From an uncultured Gemmatimonadales bacterium (GTDB lineage Bacteria > Gemmatimonadota > Gemmatimonadetes > Longimicrobiales > RSA9): DNA of 64,000 nt. This document shows, one piece after another, positions 9,338-18,923 of this stretch; the first letter of the stretch is position 1, and each line of letters opens with the position of its first letter. The stretch is taken from NCBI GenBank assembly GCA_963798085.1, contig CAWCRS010000003.1:96001-160000 (forward strand), given 5' to 3'. The notes below the pieces were generated by a model. The model did not search any database and was not told where the DNA came from. It was given only the letters and a program-made list of their open reading frames with translations. The translations under genes were made by a program, and so were the position numbers.

Positions 9338-11257
9338 TCAGTTGGCGCCGCGCACGTCCGAGAGGAACTGCACGAACTCACGCGCGTCCCGGGTCATTCC
9401 CAGGAAGCTGGCGCGTGGCTGTCCCAGTGAATCGACGATGGCGTAGAGCGGCAGCGCGACGGTGTGGAAGCGCTGCTGCTCGAGCTGCTGCTGCTTCTGA
9501 TACACTTCACCCTTGCCGTCCGTGAACAGGCGCACGCGCACGAACTTCTCCAGCTCGCGGGTCACGTCCCGCCGCGGAAACATGTTGGCCTCCATCCACC
9601 GGCAGTTGGTGCAGGTGTACCCGGTGAAGTCGATGAGTACGAGTTTCTGCTGCTCCCTCGCCGTGCGCAATCCGCCGTCCAGGTCATCGACCAGCCAGGC
9701 CAGTTCGGCGCCGCGCACGACACCGCTCGCACGATCGCCGGCGGGCGGCAGGAACGGCTCCAGCTCGCCCAGGCGGCGGCCGGTCAGGCCCAGCGACAGC
9801 CAGACTGTGAGCCCCAGCGCCACGGTCGCGCCCAGCGGGTGAGCCAGCCCCTGCCAGTGCGGCCGGCGGATTCGAACACCCGCGAGATAGAGCGCGAGCA
9901 GTATGCCCAGCGCGCACCAGATGGCGATCACGACATTGCGCGTGAACACATCCCAGCCCTGCACCAGGTCCGCGTTGGACAGGAACTTCATGGCGGCGGC
10001 CAGCTCGATGAAGCCGAGCGTGCCTTTCATGGTGGCGAGCCAGGGCCCGCTGCGCGGCAATCGCCGCAGGGCCTGCGGTACCAGCGCGAGCACGAAGAAA
10101 GGTAACGCGAATGTCAGCGCGTACACGAAGAGCCCGGCCGCCGGCCAGCGCCAGTCGCTCTGCGCCGCGGACGTGAGCAGTGTGCCGACGAAGGGCGCAG
10201 TGCACGTGAATGTGGTGAGCGCAAACGTGGCGCCCATGAGCAGTGCGCCGGTCGCGCGACCGACGCGGCTGCCGGTCGCGACCCGGTCGAGCGTGGTGAG
10301 CAGGCGACCGGGCAACGCCAGATTGAGCACGCCGAACAGGCTCAGCGCAAAAACAATGAAGAGCAGCGCGATGCCCAGATTGAGCCATGGATTGGCGGCG
10401 AAGCGGTTGAGTCCGGTGACGCCAAGAATCGCGGACAGGCCCGCGCCGAGCAGAGTGAACGCGGCGATGATGCCACCCGCGTAGAGCGCGGCGCCGCCCA
10501 CCGCCTGCGCGCGCGTCTGTCCCTCGCGCCGGCTGAAGTACGAGATGGTGATGGGCACCATGGGAAACACGCAGGGCGTGAGCAGCGAGAGCGCGCCCAT
10601 GGTCGCGGCCAGCCAGAGGAACAGGAGCAATCCGCGCGAGCCGTGCACCTGCACCAGTGCAGGCGCGGCAGCGGGACGCGGTGATGACGCGGCTTCGTCG
10701 CCTGCAATCCGTGTATTGGAGGCGACCGGCGACGTCTCTGTTAGCGGCGCTCCGGCCACCGCGAGTGCGACGTGCAGCGTGTCCTCGGTGGGCGGCAGGC
10801 AGTAGCGCGCATTGCAGGTCTGGTAGCCGACTCGCGCCTCGACCACGGTTTCGCCCGCGGGCGCATCGACCGCCGCACGCAGCGGTACCGCGAAGTGCGC
10901 GCCGTCCTCGTACCACTCCGTGACCATGCCGAAGTTGGGATCCGCGGCCACCTGCGGCACGGGCGCGTCGATGGTGCCGGCGATCGCGAAACGGCTGGCC
11001 GGGCCCACGGCAATGGTAGTGGCGATGGGTCCGCCGGGCGGCTGCGTGATGCTGTACAGGTGCCAGCCGGGCGGAATCTGCGCATCGATGGCGAGTGTGA
11101 CGCGGCCACCCGGGCGCACGGAGTCCGCCGCGGGCTTCGCTGTCAGCTGGATGGGGTGCTCCTGTGCACGCAATGGCGCTGCCAGCAGCAGGACCGTCGC
11201 AGATGCGAGGCAAATGCGATTCGCCGGGCGGGGGTGGCGAGGGCAAGGGTGGGACAT
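9338..11257 (-). CDS. dsbD: Thiol:disulfide interchange protein DsbD
   Basis: GWHLYS and YQTC...CLPP N-domain, LLTPCVFPM and FTCTAP TM cysteines, DFTGYTCTNC thioredoxin domain. Confidence 0.9.
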   Translation of the reverse strand: MSHPCPRHPRPANRICLASATVLLLAAPLRAQEHPIQLTAKPAADSVRPGGRVTLAIDAQIPPGWHLYSITQPPGGPIATTIAVGPASRFAIAGTIDAPVPQVAADPNFGMVTEWYEDGAHFAVPLRAAVDAPAGETVVEARVGYQTCNARYCLPPTEDTLHVALAVAGAPLTETSPVASNTRIAGDEAASSPRPAAAPALVQVHGSRGLLLFLWLAATMGALSLLTPCVFPMVPITISYFSRREGQTRAQAVGGAALYAGGIIAAFTLLGAGLSAILGVTGLNRFAANPWLNLGIALLFIVFALSLFGVLNLALPGRLLTTLDRVATGSRVGRATGALLMGATFALTTFTCTAPFVGTLLTSAAQSDWRWPAAGLFVYALTFALPFFVLALVPQALRRLPRSGPWLATMKGTLGFIELAAAMKFLSNADLVQGWDVFTRNVVIAIWCALGILLALYLAGVRIRRPHWQGLAHPLGATVALGLTVWLSLGLTGRRLGELEPFLPPAGDRASGVVRGAELAWLVDDLDGGLRTAREQQKLVLIDFTGYTCTNCRWMEANMFPRRDVTRELEKFVRVRLFTDGKGEVYQKQQQLEQQRFHTVALPLYAIVDSLGQPRASFLGMTRDAREFVQFLSDVRGAN

Positions 11258-11261
11258 GAAG

Positions 11262-11295
11262 GATGACTAGCCCGCCGGTCGCGCTACTGTCAAGC
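11262..11295 (-). promoter_or_regulatory. Putative leaderless promoter of dsbD
   Basis: gcTTGACA (11293-11288)-N18-TAGTCATC-cttc-ATG; no SD before the ATG. Confidence 0.5.
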
Positions 11296-11487
11296 AACGG
11301 CACCGGCTGTCAGTGCGTGGTTCGCGACCGCGCCTGTCCATAGGGCCGTGGATCCCGCGCGCGCCCGTTCTCGAGTGCACGCATCCGGCGACAGGCCATC
11401 CCCTTGCCGGATTGTTGCCGGCCGGCGTCTGGCGGGCGGGCGGCTGGCTGCACCTGCTTGTAACTGCTATCTTTGCAGGGTAGTCGG

Positions 11488-11533
11488 GGCGTGCGCGCCG
11501 CCGCAGTCGGTGGAGCGCGCGCGCCATTTTTTT
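11488..11533 (+). terminator. Intrinsic terminator-like hairpin in the infA leader
   Basis: GGCGTGCGCGC/GCGCGCGCGCC 11-bp stem (one G-U) plus inner stem, followed by ATTTTTTT; extended -10-like TGcTATCTT at 11465-11473. Confidence 0.55.
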
Positions 11534-11551
11534 CCTGAACACAGGCGGGGC

Positions 11552-11788
11552 ATGGCAAAGCAGGAAGGCATCGAGATGGAGGGCGTGGTCACGGAAGTGC
11601 TTCCGGACCGCAATTTCCGGGTGCTGCTCGACAACGGCCACACGGTGCTGGCCTATGCGGCTGGCAAAATGTCGAAGTTCAAGATTCGCGTGCTCGTGGG
11701 CGATCGCGTATCGCTCGAGCTGTCGCCGTACGATCTTTCGCGCGGCCGCATCACCTACCGTCACAAGGCGGGCGGGCCCAGCGAGTGA
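11552..11788 (+). CDS. infA: Translation initiation factor IF-1
   Basis: [18 protein letters not shown]...AGKM...[25 protein letters not shown]. Confidence 0.97.
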   Translation: MAKQEGIEMEGVVTEVLPDRNFRVLLDNGHTVLAYAAGKMSKFKIRVLVGDRVSLELSPYDLSRGRITYRHKAGGPSE

Positions 11789-11932
11789 GTGGACGCATGC
11801 GGACGGAAAGCACGTGCAACATCGTCGCATGATCCACGTAGTATTTCCTGCCAGTCACGCACCACACACGTCACGCATGGAGCCGGCCCGGCGGTGAGCG
11901 AACAGTGGCCATCGCGCAAGGAAGCGCGCCGC

Positions 11933-12361
11933 ATGGCGCAGGAGAACCGCTCACTGCAGCGGCGCAACTGGCGCATCGTGCTGCGCGACCTTGCCATTTT
12001 CCAGATCAAGCTGCTGCTGGACGGCGCCAAGGACGTCATCATTTCGCCGCTCTCCGTGCTGGCCGCCGCGATCGACATCCTGAAGCCCACGGATGAGCGC
12101 GGGCGACGATTCTACGCCGTGATGCGTGCGGGGGAGCGGATGGATCGCTGGCTGAACCTGTTCGGCGCCACGGAACACGCGAGTGAGCGGCCCGAGGGTC
12201 TGCTCAATGCCACCGTATCGGGTGCGGACTCGCTGCTGGGCAAGCTGAGCGAGTATGTGCTGGGCAGGGACGAGGCGGTGAAACCGCACGCGCCCGAGGC
12301 GGACGCCGGTCATGAGGAGCACAGGGAGGGCGAGAACGGCGAGGGCCATGAACGGCGGTGA
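11933..12361 (+). CDS. Hypothetical protein
   Basis: Coding-like ORF (RDLAIFQIKLLLDGAKD...WLNLF); AAGGA upstream. Confidence 0.65.
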   Translation: MAQENRSLQRRNWRIVLRDLAIFQIKLLLDGAKDVIISPLSVLAAAIDILKPTDERGRRFYAVMRAGERMDRWLNLFGATEHASERPEGLLNATVSGADSLLGKLSEYVLGRDEAVKPHAPEADAGHEEHREGENGEGHERR

Positions 12362-12519
12362 CGCGCGGCCGCAATCGTACCCGTAACGCAACCGCGATAA
12401 CACGGCTGCGGTCGCAACGAGACCGCTGGACCGACTCTTGCCCCGCTGGACCTGCTGCCGTACATCCGGACCACTGGACGCCGGAATGACAGTGCTGAAC
12501 CCGAGCAAGGACGAGGACC

Positions 12520-13137
12520 ATGCCCTATCCGTTTGTGCTTCCCGATCTGCCGTACAAGTTCAATGCGCTCGAGCCGCACATTGATGCGCGCACCATGGAA
12601 ATCCACCACGACAAGCATCACGCCGGGTACACCAACAATCTGAACAAGGCGCTGGAGCCGCACAGCAATCTGCACGGCAAGTCGATCGAGGATCTGCTGC
12701 GCGGGCTCGATCAGGTACCGGAGGCGATCCGCACCACGGTCCGCAACAATGGCGGCGGCTTTGCCAATCACGCGCTGTTCTGGACGGTGATGGCGGCGAA
12801 TGCGGGGGGCGCACCGGCGGGCTCGCTGGGCGCGGCCCTTAACTCGAAGTTTGGCAGCTTCGACGACTTCAAGAGCAGGCTGACGGCGGCGGCGGGCGGC
12901 CAGTTCGGCAGCGGCTGGGGCTGGCTGGTGGTGGACGGCTCGGGCAATCTGGACGTGTACGCCACGCCCAACCAGGACAGCCCGTACATGAAGGGCCACA
13001 CCCCGATCCTGGGCGTGGATGTCTGGGAGCATGCGTACTACCTCAAGTACCAGAACCGCAGACCCGACTATCTCGGCGCCTGGTGGAACACGGTGAACTG
13101 GGCCGAGGTGCAGCGCCGGTACGACGCGGCGCGCTGA
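12520..13137 (+). CDS. sodA: Superoxide dismutase, probably Mn-type
   Basis: [41 protein letters not shown] and NQD residues typical of MnSOD. Confidence 0.95.
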   Translation: MPYPFVLPDLPYKFNALEPHIDARTMEIHHDKHHAGYTNNLNKALEPHSNLHGKSIEDLLRGLDQVPEAIRTTVRNNGGGFANHALFWTVMAANAGGAPAGSLGAALNSKFGSFDDFKSRLTAAAGGQFGSGWGWLVVDGSGNLDVYATPNQDSPYMKGHTPILGVDVWEHAYYLKYQNRRPDYLGAWWNTVNWAEVQRRYDAAR

Positions 13138-13144
13138 AAGAAGC

Positions 13145-13173
13145 AACCGGCCGGGCAGCGAGCCCGGCCGGTT
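13145..13173. terminator. Perfect 12-bp hairpin between convergent genes
   Basis: AACCGGCCGGGC-AGCGA-GCCCGGCCGGTT just after the sodA stop. Confidence 0.7.
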
Positions 13174-13212
13174 CCGTTTCGTGGCGCTGCGGAGCACGTC
13201 GCGACGGTCCGC

Positions 13213-13743
13213 CTACCTGCGACGCTTGTAGACCCCGTCGAATGCGCTGCTCCAGGTCTTGCCCCCGTCCTGGCTCGTCTCCCAGAACTGGCGCACGCGG
13301 TCCCTGCTGTTGTCGATCAATGACCAGGTAATGCGATTCTGCACGGTGCTGCCGTTGGGCAGCTTGCGCTCGCCCGTCAGCACCATGCGGCCATCCTTGT
13401 AATCGCCTGTCAGGGAGAGCAGTGCGCCGCTGTCGCTGACCCACTCCTGGTGCCAGTGTCCATCCGCACGCGACCAGATGTTGAAGCTCTCGCCATTGCC
13501 GCCACCCGCACCGGTCCATTCTTCGTGAATCACGCAACCCTTGAGGATGCTGGTGATGCGGCTCTTGCCCGCGGGCTTGTCATCGGGCGTGGTGACATCC
13601 CAATCGCCCACCCAGAAGTCGAACTGCCGGAACTCCGGCTTGTCGCAGGTGGGCGGTGCCTGCTGCTGCGCGGCCAGGGGATGCACGGCGAGAAGCCCGC
13701 TGATCAGCGTACCGCCCATGATGCGCAGCGCCCTGCGGCTCAT
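13213..13743 (-). CDS. Secreted hypothetical protein (QFDFWVGDW motif; DUF1579-like beta fold suspected)
   Basis: Signal peptide; C...EFRQFDFWVGDWDV, GCVIHEEW, SQDGGKTW...FDGVY. Confidence 0.7.
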   Translation of the reverse strand: MSRRALRIMGGTLISGLLAVHPLAAQQQAPPTCDKPEFRQFDFWVGDWDVTTPDDKPAGKSRITSILKGCVIHEEWTGAGGGNGESFNIWSRADGHWHQEWVSDSGALLSLTGDYKDGRMVLTGERKLPNGSTVQNRITWSLIDNSRDRVRQFWETSQDGGKTWSSAFDGVYKRRR

Positions 13744-13939
13744 GCGACCTCCCTTGTCGAGAACGAAGCGATTTTCCCTGTGCCGGTCGTCCGGATGGGG
13801 AACGCCGGCTGCGCGCCTTCCGGTAACGTATAACCGGGACACGGCGTGCCGCGTGCAGGTGTCGTGACGGATGCCGGATGTCGCGGGATCAACGGCTTCT
13901 CTGCAAGACGGCGAGGCCTGTGGCGGCGCTCGGGCTGCG

Positions 13940-16048
13940 TCAGTCGGGGCGGTGCACGCGCACGCGGGCGTCGACGGCTACACCGCCCTTCTCGAAGACC
14001 ACGAACGGGTTGATGTCGAGCTCGGAGATGACGGAGTGATCGCCCACCAGCTGGGAGACGCGCTGCACGACCTGTGCGAGCAGCTCGCGATCCGCGGGCG
14101 GCTCGCCGCGCACACCGCGCAGCAGTTTCGCGGCACGAATGGAATCGATCATTTCGCGCGCATCGATGTCGCTCACGGGCTGCACGCGGAACACGACATC
14201 GCTCAGCGCTTCGACGTAGATGCCGCCCAGTCCGAACATGAGCACGGGTCCGAAGGACGGGTCCTGGCTCATGCCGATGATCATCTCGCGCCCGCCCTTC
14301 ACGAACTGCTCGATGATGACGCCTTCGATGCGGGCATCCGGCGAGGCCTCGTGCACGCGCTGCATGATGCGCTGGAACGCGGCGCGCACTTCCGCGGCAC
14401 TGCGCAGGTCCAGCTCCACACCCCCGATCTCGGTCTTGTGCACGATGTCGGGTGAACGAATCTTTGCGGCCACGGGATAACCGATGCTTTCGGCCGCGCC
14501 GGCGGCATCGGCGGCGGTGCTTGCCGTACGCGATGCGATGACGGGAATGCCATACGCGGCGAGCAGCGCCTGCACCGCATCCGCCGGCAGCCAGCCTTCA
14601 CTGCCGGGCGTTGCCGCGAGCGCTTTCTGCGCGGCCGCCTCGTCGACGTTGAAGTGCTGCACCTTACCCGCAGGCCGTTCCAGCCAGAGCCGCCGTCGAT
14701 TCATTGCGGCCAGCGCCTGCGCCGCGGATTCCGGGAAGATGTAACCGGGAATCCCTGCCTCGCCCAGCTCGGCTCGGCCCTGCGGCAATCCTTCGCGTCC
14801 CATGAGCACGGCCAGCACGGGTTTCCCCGGCACCGCCTCCCTCGCCTTGACGATCGCCATGGCGACATCCTGCTGGCGCACGCCCAGTGGCGGCACGAAC
14901 GCGGCAATGGCGGCGCTGATGTTGCCGTCGGCAAGCACGGTTTCGAGCGCAATGCGGTAATTCTCGGCAGTAGCGGTAGCGATCATGTCGACGGGATTGC
15001 GCACGCTCGCTTCCTCCGGCAGATCGCGGCGCAGCTTCGCCTGCGTTTCCGCGGACAGCTCGACCACGCGCAGGCCGCCCGCCTCGCACGCGTCGGCGAT
15101 GATGATGCCGGGTCCGCCGGCATTCGTGATGATGGCGACATTCTCGTTGTGCGGGACGGGCAGATGACTGAACGCCATGGCCAGGTCGAACAGCTCCTCC
15201 ACACGGTCCACGCGAATGACGCCGCACTGCGCGAGCAGTGCATCGGTGGCGGTGTCGAGGCCCGCGAGTGCGCCCGTGTGCGATGATGCGGCGCGTGCGC
15301 CCGCCAGCGTGCGCCCCGATTTCACGACAATGATGGGCTTCTGCCGGGTCACGCGTCGGGCAACGCGTGTGAACCGGCGAGGATTACCGAAGCTCTCGAG
15401 ATACATCAGAATGACACCGACGCTGGGGTCCTGCTCCCAGTGCTCGATCAGATCATTGCCGCTGACGTCAGCCTTGTTGCCCACGGACACGAAGTAGCGG
15501 ATGCCGATGCCGAACTCCGACGCGTAGTCGAGAATCGTGATGCCCATGGCGCCGGACTGGCTCATGAATGCGACCGGGCCGGGCGGCGGCATGGAAGGCG
15601 CGAACGTCGCGTTCATGCTCACGCCCTCGCTCGAATTGATGACGCCCAGGCAGTTCGGTCCGATGATGCGCATGCCGTAGCGGCGCGCGATCTCGAGCAG
15701 CGCCAGCTCACGCTCGCGGCCGGCGCCGCCGACCTCCTTGAAACCGGCCGTGATAACGATCAGTGCGCGCACGCCCTTCTGCCCGCACTGCTCGGCCACG
15801 CCGGCGACGTAGTCCTTGGGTACGGCGATCACGGCGAGATCGATTTCCTTGGGTATGTCCAGCACCGACGGGTTCGCGGGCACGCCGTGCACGGCCTGCG
15901 CTTTGGGATTGACCGGCCAGACCGCGCCGGTGAACCCGTGGCGCAGCAGATTGTCGATGATCATGTAGCCCACAGTGCCCGGTGTACGGCTGGCGCCAAT
16001 GACGGCTACCGACTGCGGGCGGAAGACTGCGTCGAGAGAATGGCTCAC
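13940..16048 (-). CDS. Acetate--CoA ligase (ADP-forming), fused CoA-binding/ligase/ATP-grasp
   Basis: SVAVIGAS, GPNCLG, SQSGA, SVGNKAD, ASSHTGAL (phospho-His intact), TNAGGPG, HKTEIGGV, ELDINP; GTG start. Confidence 0.9.
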   Translation of the reverse strand: MSHSLDAVFRPQSVAVIGASRTPGTVGYMIIDNLLRHGFTGAVWPVNPKAQAVHGVPANPSVLDIPKEIDLAVIAVPKDYVAGVAEQCGQKGVRALIVITAGFKEVGGAGRERELALLEIARRYGMRIIGPNCLGVINSSEGVSMNATFAPSMPPPGPVAFMSQSGAMGITILDYASEFGIGIRYFVSVGNKADVSGNDLIEHWEQDPSVGVILMYLESFGNPRRFTRVARRVTRQKPIIVVKSGRTLAGARAASSHTGALAGLDTATDALLAQCGVIRVDRVEELFDLAMAFSHLPVPHNENVAIITNAGGPGIIIADACEAGGLRVVELSAETQAKLRRDLPEEASVRNPVDMIATATAENYRIALETVLADGNISAAIAAFVPPLGVRQQDVAMAIVKAREAVPGKPVLAVLMGREGLPQGRAELGEAGIPGYIFPESAAQALAAMNRRRLWLERPAGKVQHFNVDEAAAQKALAATPGSEGWLPADAVQALLAAYGIPVIASRTASTAADAAGAAESIGYPVAAKIRSPDIVHKTEIGGVELDLRSAAEVRAAFQRIMQRVHEASPDARIEGVIIEQFVKGGREMIIGMSQDPSFGPVLMFGLGGIYVEALSDVVFRVQPVSDIDAREMIDSIRAAKLLRGVRGEPPADRELLAQVVQRVSQLVGDHSVISELDINPFVVFEKGGVAVDARVRVHRPD

Positions 16049-16350
16049 GAGTCGTCGCCTGATCTGTTTCCGAGGTTGAAATCCGGGTTTACCTGCAGGC
16101 AGGACCGAATGTGCAGCAGGCCTGTTCGCAGGCTGTCCGCCTGCCGCCGCAACGCGGGCCCGCCATGGCCGGAGCAGCCGGCCGGACAGGCGGGGGCAAG
16201 ATGGCTGGCGCCACAGCACCGGGCAAGCCGCGCCTGCACAATGGAACGCGTGGTTAAGGCGGACGGCGCAGGCCGGGCGCTTGGAGGATCGCGGGTCTCG
16301 TGGTATCGTTCGGGGAAGCCCCCGCGTTCCCGGCCGTTCCGGAGCACAGG

Positions 16351-18090
16351 ATGCATGATTCCTCGATCATCGAGCTGATCCGTTCGTCCGTGCTGGGTGC
16401 AGGCGAGGCGGTGTGTGGTCCGTTCGGACCTCGCCGCGTCACGTACGCCGACTACACGGCATCCGGACAGTCGCTTTCCTTCATCGAGGACTACATCCGC
16501 GACGCAGTGCTGCCGCTCTACGCGAACACGCACACGGAGAGCAGCGGCACGGGCCTGCAGACCACGCGCTTCCGTGAGGACGCTCGCAGCATCATCCGTG
16601 ACGCAGTGGGCGGCAACCGGCAGGATCACGCGGTCATCTTCTGCGGCTCGGGCTCGACGGCGGCAGTGGACAAGCTGGTGGGTGTGCTGAATCTGCGCAT
16701 TCCTCACGATCTGGACGCGAAGTACGGTCTCTCGCAGCACATCCCGGATGATGAGCGACCCGTGGTCTTCATCGGCCCGTACGAGCACCACTCGAACGAG
16801 CTGCCCTGGCGGGAATCGATCGCGCATGTCGTCGTGATCCGTGAAGACCTGAACGGCGGCATCGACCTCGAGCACCTGGAGCAGGAACTGGTGCGCCATG
16901 CCGGCCGCCCGCTGCGCATCGGCAGCTTCTCCGCGGCGTCGAACGTCACCGGCATAGTCTCGAACACGCGCGGCGTTTCCATCCTGCTGCACCGGTACGG
17001 CGCGCTGTCGTTCTGGGATTTTGCCGCCGCCGCACCCTATGTGAAGATCGAGATGGGCCCGCGCGGCGCGAGCGGCGATGACGCGCTCGACTACAAGGAC
17101 GCGGTGTTCATCTCACCACACAAGCTCATCGGCGGGCCGGGCACGCCGGGCGTGCTCATCGCCAGACGCGAGCTGTTCCAGAATTCCGTGCCCTGTGTTC
17201 CCGGCGGTGGCACGGTCTCCTACGTGAACCCGGAATCGCACCGCTACGTGAGCGATCCCGAGCATCGCGAGGAAGGCGGCACGCCCGCGATCGTGGAATC
17301 CATCCGCGCGGGCCTGGTCTTCCAGCTCAAACAGGCTGTTGGGGAAGAGACGATCCGCGAGCGCGAAACGTCATTCATCCAGCGCGCCATTGCTTCCTGG
17401 CAGAACGATCCGAACATCGAGATCCTGGGCAACTGCCAGGCCGAGCGCCTGTCCATCGTGTCGTTCGTGGTGCGCTGGCACGACCGCTACCTGCACCACA
17501 ACTTCGTGGTGGCGCTGCTCAATGATCTGTTCGGCATCCAGTCGCGCGGCGGCTGCTCCTGTGCGGGACCCTACGGTCACCGCCTGCTGGGCATCGATCT
17601 GGACCGCTCCCACGAATTCGAGCGTGAGATCAGCCGCGGCTGCGAGGGCATCAAGCCCGGCTGGATACGCGTCAACTTCAACTACTTCATCCCGGAACCC
17701 GTCTTCGAGTACATCCTGGAAGCCGTCCACCTGGTAGCCACGCACGGCTGGCGCCTGCTCGATCAATACCATTTCGATCCGCACACCGGTCTCTGGCGCC
17801 ACGCGCGCGGCATCGGCGACCCGCCCATGAGCCTGCGCGACGTCCACTACGATTCCGAGGGCATGACCTGGACGCGCCGCCGCCGCCACGAAGCCGAGAG
17901 CCGGCTGCCCGATTACATCGCCGAAGCCAGACGCATCTTCGCCGAAGCCGACGCGGATGCCACAACCTCCGCACCCATCGAGCTGACCCCCGACTTCGAA
18001 CACCTCCGCTGGTTCCCGCTCCCTGGCGAGCACTCCAACAGCTCCACCGCGGAGAGCGGGGAGGGCGCCGAGGTTTTCCGGCGGGGTTGA
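16351..18090 (+). CDS. Class V PLP aminotransferase/cysteine desulfurase-like protein
   Basis: YADYTASG, YANTH, EHHSN, SNVTG, DFAA, SPHK (PLP Lys), GGTP, RGGCSCAGPY. Confidence 0.85.
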   Translation: MHDSSIIELIRSSVLGAGEAVCGPFGPRRVTYADYTASGQSLSFIEDYIRDAVLPLYANTHTESSGTGLQTTRFREDARSIIRDAVGGNRQDHAVIFCGSGSTAAVDKLVGVLNLRIPHDLDAKYGLSQHIPDDERPVVFIGPYEHHSNELPWRESIAHVVVIREDLNGGIDLEHLEQELVRHAGRPLRIGSFSAASNVTGIVSNTRGVSILLHRYGALSFWDFAAAAPYVKIEMGPRGASGDDALDYKDAVFISPHKLIGGPGTPGVLIARRELFQNSVPCVPGGGTVSYVNPESHRYVSDPEHREEGGTPAIVESIRAGLVFQLKQAVGEETIRERETSFIQRAIASWQNDPNIEILGNCQAERLSIVSFVVRWHDRYLHHNFVVALLNDLFGIQSRGGCSCAGPYGHRLLGIDLDRSHEFEREISRGCEGIKPGWIRVNFNYFIPEPVFEYILEAVHLVATHGWRLLDQYHFDPHTGLWRHARGIGDPPMSLRDVHYDSEGMTWTRRRRHEAESRLPDYIAEARRIFAEADADATTSAPIELTPDFEHLRWFPLPGEHSNSSTAESGEGAEVFRRG

Positions 18091-18325
18091 TCCGGGGACA
18101 TACGTCCGCGGGCGCGCAATTCCATGCACCTCGACAGCAGTTTGTTTGCCCGGCACCACCTCCATGCACGGGCGCGCGCGCGCCGCAAAGGCCCTGCACA
18201 GACAGGTCAGTTCCCGACACGGACCGCCCCCGATCGCCTCGCAATTCCACGGCGCCCTCACCCACCCGGCACACAGATTGCCTCTGACCACGCCGAGGAA
18301 GAGACCGCAAATGGAGACTCCTGTC

Positions 18326-18847
18326 ATGAGCACGGTAATACGGCGATCCTGGTTTCAGCGCATGGCGACGCGCGCCTCGTGGTGGGCGGGGCGGCCGAAG
18401 ACTTTCCTGTTCGCGCTGTCCGCGGTGCTGCTCTGGGCGGTAACCGGGCCCGTCTTCCACTACAGTGATACCTGGCAACTGGTTATTAACACCAGCACAA
18501 CGATCATCACGTTCCTGATGGTGTTCCTGGTGCAGAACACACAGAACCGCGACGGCGAGGCCGTGCAGATCAAGCTGAGCGAGCTGATCCGTGCGTTGCG
18601 CGGCGCACACAATGCGCTGCTCGACCTGGAAGAACTGGATGAGACGCAGCTGGAAGAGATTCGTCGCACGTATGGCAAGGCGGCAGCGAAGGCGCGTTCC
18701 AATGCGAAGCGCGGCCGCGAGGACACGCAGGTCGCAGCGCTCGAGCTGCCCGGCGATGCTCCGCGCGCGGCGAGGAGCGGCACTGCGCGCAGGCGGCGCA
18801 GCAGGGGTCCGCGCAAGCCGCGCGGCCGGCCGCACAAGGAGCCCTGA
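18326..18847 (+). CDS. Low-affinity iron permease (Fet4-like) family protein
   Basis: WAVTGPVFHYSDTWQLVINTSTTIITFLMVFLVQNTQNRD..A.QIKL.ELI; basic C-tail. Confidence 0.88.
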   Translation: MSTVIRRSWFQRMATRASWWAGRPKTFLFALSAVLLWAVTGPVFHYSDTWQLVINTSTTIITFLMVFLVQNTQNRDGEAVQIKLSELIRALRGAHNALLDLEELDETQLEEIRRTYGKAAAKARSNAKRGREDTQVAALELPGDAPRAARSGTARRRRSRGPRKPRGRPHKEP

Positions 18848-18923
18848 AAGCGGCACAGCGAGCACGCCGGCAGCGCTCGCTGGCGCGCCGTACTGGAACC
18901 GCGGGACGCCGCGACGGGATGCG

